59,080 nucleotides of DNA from an uncultured Armatimonadia bacterium (GTDB lineage Bacteria; Armatimonadota; Zipacnadia; Zipacnadales; CAYWBK01), in contig CAYWBK010000001.1 of assembly GCA_964455745.1 (NCBI GenBank), forward strand, positions 1 to 59,080, written 5' to 3'. Shown piece by piece: positions 46,598 through 55,618 of this stretch. The notes below the pieces were generated by a model, which was given only the letters and a program-made list of their open reading frames with translations, had not been told where the DNA came from and ran no database searches. The first letter of the stretch is position 1. Each line of letters starts with the position of its first letter. The translations under genes were made by a program, and so were the position numbers.

Positions 46598-47106
46598 ATG
46601 TCGGAGAAGATTGCCTGCCCGAAGTGCAACGCCGAGAACTTCGCCACTGACCGTCAATGTCTCTCGTGTGGGGCCGAACTCGGGACGCGGCCTGCCGTGG
46701 CTCCCCCGACCACAAGCCCGCGAACGGAGGGACGAGGGCCCGAAGCGCGGGGGAAGCCACTCCCGATGGCAAAGCATCGGACTGTAACGCAGCGAATGCT
46801 GGATCTCATCATCGAGAACCAGACCGGGGCGCTCATCGGGACCTTCGTGGGCTGCCTTCCGCTGGTGATCGTGGTGGCAATGGGGCTTCGCTTGGCGGCG
46901 GGTCCATCATCGGCGGCACCATCATCAGTTTGATCCCCATCGCTGTCAGCGTGTACTGCTTCGTGCAATACACCAGCGATCCGGATATTTTCTGGCCGTT
47001 CATCGTGTGCGTCTTTCTCACCGGCTTCGTAGGCTGGATCCTGATCGTCCTGGGAGCGGTCATCGGCGCAGCAATCGAGAGGGCGGTCCAGGCACGAAAA
47101 CCGTAG
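46598..47106 (+). pseudogene. Zinc-ribbon N-terminal membrane protein, frame broken at a G4 run
   Basis: CPKCNAEN..CLSCGAEL, then TM segments. Frame 1 stops at 46933. The adjacent frame continues ASLGGGSIIGGTIISLIPIAV...ERAVQARKP to 47106. The switch is at 46882-46885. Confidence 0.55.
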
Positions 47107-47277
47107 GCTTTCCCTTAGAGAGTCTGTGTCGGGGCAACCGCAACAAAGAAGGCAAGACGCTATACCCGATCCCGGCGACCTGGCACCTCAAGAATGAGGC
47201 GACTTGGCGGCAGATCGAGGAATGAGGCGCAGGCATCGCGCCGCTCGACACGCTAACCTACCCGGCAGGAGTGGCAG

Positions 47278-49071
47278 ATGAGATTCGCATCACTTGTGGT
47301 ATCACTGCTGTGTTCCGCCGCCATCGCCGACACCGTGCTCGTGCGCGATGGCAAGTCCGACTTCACGGTGGTGCTGTCCGAATCAGCGTCGCCCTCCGAG
47401 GCCCATGCGGCACAGGAGCTTCGCGCTTTCGTGCGCCAGGTCTCGGGAGCCGATCTGCCGCAGGTGATCGCCGGGGCGAAGCTGCCGGCTCATGCCATCT
47501 TCATCGGCGACACCGAAGCCCTCCGGGGCCAGAAGGCGCGACCGAACCTCAGCGCCCTGGGTGACGAGGGCTTCGTCATCCGCACCTTCGGGCCGCACCT
47601 CGTCATCGCCGGCGGGCGACTGCGCGGCACCATGTACGGGGTCTACACGTTCCTGGAAGAGCAACTCGGCTGCCGGTGGTACACGTCGTTCGTCAGCCGC
47701 ATCCCCAGAACGCCCACGATCGTCCTCAAGCCGCTGAATGCCTCTCGCCGGCCGGATTTCGAGTACCGGTGCGTGCAGTTCCCCGACACCTGGGATGCCG
47801 ACTGGGCGGCGCGCAACAAGATCAACGGCCCCAGTTCGGCGGCGGACAAGGCACGCGGCGGCAAGATCGAGTACGGACGGTTCGCCCACACTTTCGCGGA
47901 ACTCGTGCCCGAGGGCGCCTACTTCAAGGACCATCCTGAATATTTCTCGCTGATCGACGGCAAGAGGGTCGGCGGCGCGCAGCTTTGCCTCTCGAACCCG
48001 GATGTGGTGCGCATCGCGACCGCCACCGTGATGCGGTGGATCAAGGAGAACCCCACAGCGAAGATTTGGTCGGTGTCCCAAAACGACAACGAGAGCTACT
48101 GCCATTGCCCAAAGTGCGCGGCCATCGCCGCCGAGGAGGGCAGCCAGGCCGGGCCGGTGATCCGGTTCGTGAACGCAATCGCCGACGAGGTCGCCAAGGT
48201 CCGGCCCGACGTGCTGATCGACACGCTCGCCTACAACTACACGCAGGAACCGCCGAAGCTCACGAAGCCGCGCCCCAACGTCCGCGTCCGGCTGTGCGTT
48301 TTCGACTGCGTGTACCACCCGTACGAGACCTGCCCTGCGAATGCCCCGTTCATGAACCGGCTGCGCGGCTGGGGGAAGATCATGGACGGCGTGTATATCT
48401 GGCAGTACACGACCGTGTTCACCGACTACCTGCTGCCGCTTCCCGAGATCGCCAAGCTGTCCGCCGACATTCCGATGTACAAGCGCACCGGCGTGACCGG
48501 CGTCTTCTCGCTGGGCAGCCACACCTCGGGCAACGGCCCGGCAGGCTCCGGCGGGTTCATGGACGGCCTCAAGGCCTACATGCTCGCCAAGCTGCTCTGG
48601 GACTGCCATGCGGACTCAGCGGCCATCGTCCGCGACTATCTGGACGGGTACTTCGGCAAGGCGGGCAAGCCTATCGGCGAGTATCTGTACCTGTTGGAGC
48701 AACGGGTGAAACCCCTGACCATCCACGGCTGGTGCGCCACGCGGTCAATCGACGACGTAGCCCCACTAATGACGCCGCAGATCATGGCCCGCAGCGAGGA
48801 GTTGTTCGACCAGGCGGAGCGGGTCGCCGACAACCGCGACGTTCTCGCGCGTGTAAAGCACGCCCGCTTCTCGCTCGAGTACGTGAAGATCATGCGCCGG
48901 GTGAAGAGCGCCGGCGAGTCGGGCACTCTCGAGGAGCGTGCGGCAACGCTCGCAGCCCTGAAGGACTTCGCGACGAGATGCTCGGCCGACGGCATCGCCC
49001 AGTGGAAAGAGGGCGAGCCGCTGAACGCAACCGTGGACCGGCTGGCGGCGGGACTGGCGAAGAAGGGGTAG
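47278..49071 (+). CDS. DUF4838 domain protein (GH20-related fold, secreted)
   Basis: SD AGGAG. Signal peptide. ESYCHCPKCAAIAAEEGSQAGPVIRFVN. Confidence 0.8.
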   Translation: MRFASLVVSLLCSAAIADTVLVRDGKSDFTVVLSESASPSEAHAAQELRAFVRQVSGADLPQVIAGAKLPAHAIFIGDTEALRGQKARPNLSALGDEGFVIRTFGPHLVIAGGRLRGTMYGVYTFLEEQLGCRWYTSFVSRIPRTPTIVLKPLNASRRPDFEYRCVQFPDTWDADWAARNKINGPSSAADKARGGKIEYGRFAHTFAELVPEGAYFKDHPEYFSLIDGKRVGGAQLCLSNPDVVRIATATVMRWIKENPTAKIWSVSQNDNESYCHCPKCAAIAAEEGSQAGPVIRFVNAIADEVAKVRPDVLIDTLAYNYTQEPPKLTKPRPNVRVRLCVFDCVYHPYETCPANAPFMNRLRGWGKIMDGVYIWQYTTVFTDYLLPLPEIAKLSADIPMYKRTGVTGVFSLGSHTSGNGPAGSGGFMDGLKAYMLAKLLWDCHADSAAIVRDYLDGYFGKAGKPIGEYLYLLEQRVKPLTIHGWCATRSIDDVAPLMTPQIMARSEELFDQAERVADNRDVLARVKHARFSLEYVKIMRRVKSAGESGTLEERAATLAALKDFATRCSADGIAQWKEGEPLNATVDRLAAGLAKKG

Positions 49072-49324
49072 CGGCCCTCTGTTGCCGGACCACATGCGCA
49101 AGTATGCGCGTTTCCGGTACGTGCCGGAGCTATCGCCCGGCGAGCACACCGTCAAGTTCACGGTCAAGGCGCTGCCCGAGGGCACATCGTGCTATCTGGG
49201 GGAGTTCCTGATCGCGGGGATGGCGGTGAGGTGAGGCGGGAGGTGCCTCATCGTCCGATACTCCACCTGCGGTCTGGACCGAGCCGTCTGCAGTGCGGCC
49301 GCGAATGTGAAGGGATGCCCTGCT

Positions 49325-50455
49325 ATGGAAGAACCGGACGGCCCGTCTTCGACATCCAAATCCGAGACTGACAGGTGGCTCAGCGAGTGGCAAGAGCGCC
49401 ACCGCGTGCTGTGGGCTGAGACCGGCGACCCCATGTACGCAGAGAGGCAGGCGACCATCGAACAGCGGATCGCGCACTGGCCCAGCGAGTGGGGCGACGA
49501 AATGGAGGTCACCATCTACGGGGACTTCATTCCTCCGCCGACCGAATTGCACGTCGAGGCACTTGGCATCACGGTGTACCCCGAGGAGATAGACAATGCA
49601 CTCACCCGGCAGGCAAGCTGTACCCTGCGGGCCAGGGTCAGGGTCGAGGCGAGGACCCTGGACGCCGTCGCTGATGCAGCCCGCCGGGTCAACTCCCTTC
49701 TGGGGGCCTGGACGCTTGTCTCGTGGGGCAACAGTGCCTTCGGGTGGTTGGACTACTTCACTCGCGTGGATACCGGCTGTGGACTGGCGGTATTCGACAA
49801 TGAGCACCTGCCGGTGGCCGTCAAGGCCATCTTGGAGTTGCCGAAAGGGTCGAAGAAGCACGTCGATGCCGCTCTCTACTGGGTGCGCGCCGCACGACGG
49901 CCGAGCCTGGAGCCAGACCGTTGGAGCGGCCTTCTGCACCACTACGCCAACTACTGGAATGCGTTTGAATGCTTGGTCGCGGCGGCGTGCGACCTGTGCC
50001 CTCCGCGGAGGCTGTCGAAAGATGAGAAGCAGGCGCGGATCGACGAACTCATGGCTCGACGCTCAGGCATCCTCACGCCGGAAGACATTGAGCGCTGCTA
50101 TCACGATATCGTGAACCCAGGCCCCACCGCACGGGCGCGCCACGCTCTCGGCGTGTGCTTTCCCCCCAACCCCTACGGGCATCTAGCGCAATCATACGCA
50201 GAGGAGTGTTTCGACCGGAAGGACAAACGGAATCGGCTCTACCAGATACGCAACGACATTAATCACGGTGCGATCGACGCCGAGAGCCATGAAGAGCAGA
50301 CCCGGATTCCCGCGCGCCTTGAGCTGCTGTGGCTGATTGTGTGGCAGATGTTTGGGGCTCTGCTTCCCGTCCCGGTGCCTGTGCCGACGGCCTACGAGAG
50401 GCGGAAGCAGACCTGGGCAGGGCCGCCCGCTCCGCAGGACCAAGGCGGGGAGTAG
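49325..50455 (+). CDS. Hypothetical protein with a C-terminal HEPN-like Rx4H motif
   Basis: RNRLYQIRNDINHGAID, with preceding helices ALYWVRAA and YANYWNAFECLVAAA. Alternative GTG start at 49307. Confidence 0.55.
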   Translation: MEEPDGPSSTSKSETDRWLSEWQERHRVLWAETGDPMYAERQATIEQRIAHWPSEWGDEMEVTIYGDFIPPPTELHVEALGITVYPEEIDNALTRQASCTLRARVRVEARTLDAVADAARRVNSLLGAWTLVSWGNSAFGWLDYFTRVDTGCGLAVFDNEHLPVAVKAILELPKGSKKHVDAALYWVRAARRPSLEPDRWSGLLHHYANYWNAFECLVAAACDLCPPRRLSKDEKQARIDELMARRSGILTPEDIERCYHDIVNPGPTARARHALGVCFPPNPYGHLAQSYAEECFDRKDKRNRLYQIRNDINHGAIDAESHEEQTRIPARLELLWLIVWQMFGALLPVPVPVPTAYERRKQTWAGPPAPQDQGGE

Positions 50456-50485
50456 TGGCGATCTGAGAGCGAAGCGGCGCGTCAG

Positions 50486-50495
50486 CCCCCCCCCC
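50486..50495. repeat. Homopolymeric C10 tract
   Basis: gtcag-cccccccccc-gccgg, in the intergenic region upstream of comM/yifB. Confidence 0.9.
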
Positions 50496-50683
50496 GCCGG
50501 GGCAGTCTGCTCTGCCTATCGCAGGTGCGGTCCCTCGGTGAACCGTCCACAGCCTGCAACGCAGCGCAGCAGGCGACATCGGTGTCAACTCACGCCGTCC
50601 TCTGCCGAAGCAGGTCCTTCCCCCTTCCCCGTCCAATACTCCCCCTCGAAGTCTGGAGCTTCAAGAGGGGACCCCACTACCAC

Positions 50684-52216
50684 ATGCTTGCTCGTATCCA
50701 CTCCGCTGCCATCTATGGCATCGACGCTTATCCTGTGCAGGTTGAAGTTGACATCAGCAATGGTCTTCGCAAGTTCGTGATCGTCGGGCTGCCCGATGCC
50801 GCCGTGCGCGAGAGCGAGGAACGCGTCAACGCTGCTTTGCGCAACAGCGGCTTCGAGGCGCCCATTGACCGTGTGGTCGTGAACCTCGCCCCCGCCGACA
50901 TCCACAAGCAAGGCCCGGCGTTCGACTTGCCCATCGCCATCGGGATACTCGTCGCGATGGGGCAGGTCAACATCGACAAGCTCGACGACATCGCCATCGT
51001 CGGGGAGCTGGCGCTCGACGGCATGGTGCGGCCGATCAGCGGCGTCCTGCCGATGGCCCTCGGGGCGCGCGAATGGGGGAAGCGGGCCATCGTCGTGCCG
51101 CCGGACAACGGCAAGGAAGCGGCGGTCGTCGATGACTTCGAGGTCTACACCGCCGACACGCTGTATGATTGCGTCTCGCTTTTGGAGCAGGGCCTTCTCG
51201 CGGACCCGGTGCGTGTCGAGCCGGAGGAGATGTCGCTGGATGTATCCGAATACGCGGTGGACTTCGCCGATGTGCGCGGGCAGGAGCATGTGAAGCGGGC
51301 GCTGGAGGTCGTCGCCGCCGGCGGGCACAACCTGCTGATGATCGGGCCGCCGGGGTCGGGCAAGACGATGCTGGCGCGGCGGCTGCCGACGATCCTCCCG
51401 CCGATGAGCCTCCCCGAGGCGCTGGAGGTCACGAAGCTGTACAGCGTGGCGGGCATGTTGCCCAAAAGCCAGGCGCTCATGCGCGAGCGGCCCTTCCGCG
51501 CCCCGCACCACACGGTCAGCACGCCGGGGCTTGCCGGCGGCGGGTCGATCCCCCGACCCGGCGAAGTCAGCCTCGCGCACAATGGAGTGCTGTTCCTCGA
51601 CGAGCTGCCGGAGTTCAGCCACGCGGCGTTGGAAGTCATGCGCCAGCCGCTGGAGGACGGGCATGTGACCATCGCGCGTGCGGCGGCGACGCTGAGCTTC
51701 CCGGCGAAGGTGCAACTCATCGCCGCGATGAACCCGTGCCCCTGCGGCTTCCACACCGACCCGACGCGGCAGTGCACCTGCAACGCGGGGCTGGTTGCGC
51801 GGTATCTGAAGCGCGTGTCGGGGCCGCTGTTGGACCGGATCGACGTGCATATCGAGGTGCCGCGCCTCAAGCCGGACGAGATCATGGACAAGCGCAACGG
51901 CGAACCCTCGACCGCGATTCGCGACCGGGTGATGCGGGCGCGGGCGCTGCAAAGCGAGCGGTTCGCCACGATCCCAATCCACTGCAATGCCCAGATGAAC
52001 TCGAAGATGCTGCGCAAGTTCTGCAATCTGCCGGAGGACGTGGAGGCTTTGCTGCGGGCGGCCATCGACCAGTTCGGCCTATCGGCGAGGGCGCACGACC
52101 GGATCGTCCGCGTAGCGCGAACCATCGCGGACCTCGACGGCAGCGAAACCATCGGCGTCGCCCACTGCGCGGAGGCGATTCAATACCGGAGCCTGGACCG
52201 GAAGCTTTGGGGGTAA
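50684..52216 (+). CDS. comM: YifB/ComM family Mg-chelatase-like ATPase
   Basis: MLARIHSAAIYGIDAYPVQVEVD, GPPGSGKTMLA, GVLFLDELPEF, C-terminal RSLDRKLWG. Confidence 0.92.
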   Translation: MLARIHSAAIYGIDAYPVQVEVDISNGLRKFVIVGLPDAAVRESEERVNAALRNSGFEAPIDRVVVNLAPADIHKQGPAFDLPIAIGILVAMGQVNIDKLDDIAIVGELALDGMVRPISGVLPMALGAREWGKRAIVVPPDNGKEAAVVDDFEVYTADTLYDCVSLLEQGLLADPVRVEPEEMSLDVSEYAVDFADVRGQEHVKRALEVVAAGGHNLLMIGPPGSGKTMLARRLPTILPPMSLPEALEVTKLYSVAGMLPKSQALMRERPFRAPHHTVSTPGLAGGGSIPRPGEVSLAHNGVLFLDELPEFSHAALEVMRQPLEDGHVTIARAAATLSFPAKVQLIAAMNPCPCGFHTDPTRQCTCNAGLVARYLKRVSGPLLDRIDVHIEVPRLKPDEIMDKRNGEPSTAIRDRVMRARALQSERFATIPIHCNAQMNSKMLRKFCNLPEDVEALLRAAIDQFGLSARAHDRIVRVARTIADLDGSETIGVAHCAEAIQYRSLDRKLWG

Positions 52217-52267
52217 TACATGAATGTGGTATACTTGCACCCTGCGGAGCAATCGGGAGGTGACCAC

Positions 52268-52492
52268 ATGACACGCACGGCGGTGATTGACGAGATAGAC
52301 AAGCGACTCGAAGCGCTACCGCGCTACCTGCAGGAGCGCGTGTTGGGCTTTGCCGAGGGTCTCGCGGCCACTTTCCCTAAGGGTATGTCCGGGCAGGAGG
52401 CCCTGCAGATCGCCGGCACGATCTCCTCGGAGGAAGCGGCTCGGATGATGGCGGTGATCGAGGAGGAGTTCGAGAAGGTGGATGGAGCGTGA
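52268..52492 (+). CDS. DUF2281/VapB-like antitoxin-type small protein, apparently C-terminally truncated
   Basis: SD GGGAGGTGA lies before the ATG at 52268. LEALPRYLQERVLGFAEGLA and AGTISSEEAARMMAVIEEEFEKVD. No toxin gene follows. Confidence 0.5.
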   Translation: MTRTAVIDEIDKRLEALPRYLQERVLGFAEGLAATFPKGMSGQEALQIAGTISSEEAARMMAVIEEEFEKVDGA

Positions 52493-52888
52493 CACGCCCG
52501 ATCCGATCTCTCCCGCTGCTGTCTCTCGTCGCCGTGGTACCGCAGTTCGCAGCTTCAGACCCCGGCTTCATCCTCACTTCCCCTGGACTCATCGTCTCTA
52601 TCTCCCCGAACGGGCAGGCCGTCGCCGAGCGGACCAGGCCTCGCGGCTTCGCACGCGAGGTGCGCATCACTGTGGGACGCAGCTAATCCTCTCAGCCGGT
52701 CTGGACCGACCCGCTGGCGCCAGCGCCGCTCGATGATCTGCCCCTCACCCACGGCGGCGGGCATCTCTCCCGCCCCTCGTACTCCATCCCCCTCGCGACC
52801 CTGCCGGGCCCCCAGAGCGGCGCCACCGGCGTCACCCACTGCGCCGAGGCGATCCAGTGCCGGAGCCTGGACCGGAAGCTTCTGGGGG
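52489..52888 (+). pseudogene. Chimeric remnant: internally deleted 5' part of a paralogue of the 55615 gene fused to a copy of the comM 3' end
   Basis: MTRPIRSLPLLSLVAVV..SPNGQAVAERTRPRGFAREVRI, then ..WTDPLAPAPLDDLPLTHGGG..SYSIPLATL..PQS, then GVTHCAEAIQCRSLDRKLLG. Confidence 0.6.
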
Positions 52889-52924
52889 TAAAACGAACGG
52901 GCGAGCCATCTCTGGCCCGCCCGG
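52889..52924 (-). terminator. Rho-independent terminator of the DUF1559 gene (copy A)
   Basis: Minus sense cgggcgggcc-agagat-ggctcgcccg followed by ttcgtttta. Confidence 0.6.
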
Positions 52925-52950
52925 GTGTGCGGCCTCAATTACATCCCCGC

Positions 52951-53628
<678 letters not shown>

Positions 53629-54084
53629 ACCAACCACATCCTTTCCATCCGGCTGGGGAGTAATGGATCGGTTGACGCAACCACCGCCCGCAACGGACGG
53701 TGACTTCCAGAAGGGAATGCGTCGCGTGAATGCTGCTGCTGATCGTTCAGGTTCAACGCATGGAACAGACAGTCGTCGTGGGGTGGACCACGTTATGCTT
53801 GAGCGCTTTGACATGCCATCCGCGGAGACGCGGTCGTCCGTGACGACTAAGAATTCGCCGTAGATTGCCGCATTCCTGCTTGTAGTCAGCGGATGGAAAT
53901 GGTAGGGATAGGCGTTCTTTATGTGGAGTCTGGCAATGGCAACGAAGGCCTGCAGCAGCCCGCGATAGTATTGTATGCTCAGCCGGTACATGGGGAGGCC
54001 GCGAGAAACAACCTGCACTTCCCGAGGACCTGCGAACCAGGGAGGGCCAAATGAAAGGTGACCGCCATCGAGGGACCCGGGACA
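53629..54084. other. Conserved about 450-nt leader/divergent control region, copy A
   Basis: Aligns along its length with 55155-55614 through long identical blocks. No conserved ORF. Confidence 0.5.
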
Positions 54085-54302
54085 GTGGACCGACCAGTCA
54101 TTTGTGCCGTGCTACTGCTTGCCGCCGTCGCGCCAGCGCCGCTCGATGATCTGCCCCTCACCCACGGCGGCGGGCATCTCTCCCGCCCCTCGTACTCCAT
54201 CCCCCTCGCGACCCTGCCGGGCCCCCAGAGCGGCGCCACCGGCGTGGCTCACTGCGCCGAGGCGATCCAGTGCCGGAGCCTGGACCGGAAGCTTCTGGGG
54301 GG
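54085..54302 (+). pseudogene. Chimeric remnant, copy B (signal-peptide stub, internal fragment, comM 3' tail)
   Basis: [15 protein letters not shown], then APAPLDDLPLTHGGG..SYSIPLATL..PQS, then GVAHCAEAIQCRSLDRKLLG. Confidence 0.6.
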
Positions 54303-54338
54303 TAAAACGAACGGGCGAGCCATCTCTGGCCCGCCCGG
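54303..54338 (-). terminator. Rho-independent terminator of the DUF1559 gene (copy B)
   Basis: Same hairpin as at 52898-52923, followed by a minus-sense T-rich run. Confidence 0.6.
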
Positions 54339-54380
54339 TTCCAACGCTGCCCCCCCAAGAGAGAAGCCTGACCTGATCGT

Positions 54381-55154
54381 CTAGTAGTCGTGGGGGTCCT
54401 GGCCGAGGTCCCATTGGGAACCGCCCAGGAAGAACCAGTTGATGTCGTAGTTCGGGCAATTGAACGAGCTAACCTGGGGAACGCTCTGCACCTTGACGTG
54501 GCCGTCCATGTAGCAGGCATTGGAGACGCCTGCGGCTCCCTTGTTCGTCGTGTCCCAGCAGTAGTAGGTGTTGCCGCCCCAGTGCCACATCTCCTCGATG
54601 AGCATCGCCATCTGCGCCGGGTGCAGCGGCGTCGAGTCCTTGATGCTCTTATTGTTGACGGTAGCATACGTGTCGAGGGCGTGACGCCAGTAATATGAGC
54701 CGCGCTGCTGCCCCGATATCCAGCGCGCATCTTGATTGTCGGACGGGCAGATGAACACCTGGCTGTTCTTCACGTAAGGGTTCAAAACGAGGCCCATGCC
54801 GGCGAGAGAGTCGTGATTGTCGTCATTCCACACTCGGATCGCGTACGCGTCGATGGCCATTCCCCCTCCGGCGGTTCCTCCGTCTCCGCCGTTGGGGACA
54901 TACCAGGCGCCGTACGGTTGGGAGGACGCGTAGCTGCTGACGCGGCAGTCGGGGAAGCACCCGTCGTAATCTGTGCAGTAAGATAGCATCGCCAAGCCCA
55001 ATTGCTTGAGATTCGAGGCGCAACTCGACTGACGCGCCTTCTCCCGCGCGCGGGCGAAGACAGGGAAGAGGATCGCCGCCAATATGGCAATGATCGCGAT
55101 CACCACCAACAATTCGATGAGTGTAAAGCCGTGTCGTCTGGTCAAACTAACCAC
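54381..55154 (-). CDS. Prepilin-type N-terminal cleavage/methylation domain protein (DUF1559 pseudopilin), copy B
   Basis: ..[49 protein letters not shown]-terminal MDGH. Start is GTG at 55154, or more likely TTG at 55145, which is positionally equivalent to the ATG of copy A. Confidence 0.85.
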   Translation of the reverse strand: MVSLTRRHGFTLIELLVVIAIIAILAAILFPVFARAREKARQSSCASNLKQLGLAMLSYCTDYDGCFPDCRVSSYASSQPYGAWYVPNGGDGGTAGGGMAIDAYAIRVWNDDNHDSLAGMGLVLNPYVKNSQVFICPSDNQDARWISGQQRGSYYWRHALDTYATVNNKSIKDSTPLHPAQMAMLIEEMWHWGGNTYYCWDTTNKGAAGVSNACYMDGHVKVQSVPQVSSFNCPNYDINWFFLGGSQWDLGQDPHDY

Positions 55155-55573
55155 ATCCTTTCCGTCCAGTTGGGAAATGGTAGATCGGTTGACGCAACCA
55201 CCGCCCGCAACGGACGGTGACTTCCAGGAGGGAATGCATCGCGTGAATGCTGCTACTCATCGTTGAGGCTCAACACATAGAACGGACAGCCGCCTTGGGG
55301 TGGGTCACGCTGTGCTTGAGCGCCCTGATATACCGTCCGGTAAGGCATGCATATCCACGGCTAGTAGGAATTCGCCGTAGCTTGCCGCATTCCTGCTTTG
55401 AATTGACTGATGGAAATGGTAGGGTTAAGGGTTCTTTGTGTGGAGTCAAGCAATGGCGGCGAAGGCCTGCAGCAGCCAGCGATAGTATGGTACACTGAGC
55501 CGGTACATGGGGTGAGGCAAAGAGGACGAACCTGCACTTCCCGAGGATCGGGGAACCAAGGAGGGCCAGACGA
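55155..55573. other. Conserved about 450-nt leader/divergent control region, copy B
   Basis: See 53629-54084. Confidence 0.5.
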
Positions 55574-55618
55574 ATGGCGGCAATCATCGAGGGGGCCGGG
55601 ATGGTGCGAGGCCAGTGA
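55574..55618 (+). CDS. Possible 14-codon upstream ORF coupled to the main gene
   Basis: SD AAGGAGG (55558-55564) lies 9 nt before the ATG. Encodes MAAIIEGAGMVRGQ. Its TGA overlaps the GTG start of the main ORF (GTGA at 55615-55618). Confidence 0.25.
   Translation: MAAIIEGAGMVRGQ

Noticed and set aside
49094-49234. 46-codon ORF MRKYARFRYVPELSPGEHTVKFTVKALPEGTSCYLGEFLIAGMAVR between the DUF4838 gene and the HEPN-like gene.
   Set aside because: It looks like the C-terminal beta-strand remnant of a carbohydrate-binding domain. It has no SD and is too short to support as a gene. Mentioned only as context.
53940-54002. Conserved 20-codon ORF (MYRLS..YYR.LLQAF.AIA) in both DUF1559 leaders (copy B about 55450..55510, minus strand).
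   Set aside because: Seven nucleotide differences give 4 amino-acid changes and 3 silent ones. There is no SD, and the stop position differs between copies. Conservation is better explained at the nucleotide or RNA level.
53629-54018. 130-codon N-terminal extension that makes DUF1559 copy A a 355-aa ORF.
   Set aside because: A prepilin leader must be N-terminal. The equivalent frame in copy B is interrupted, and an SD (AAAGGA) precedes the internal ATG at 53628.
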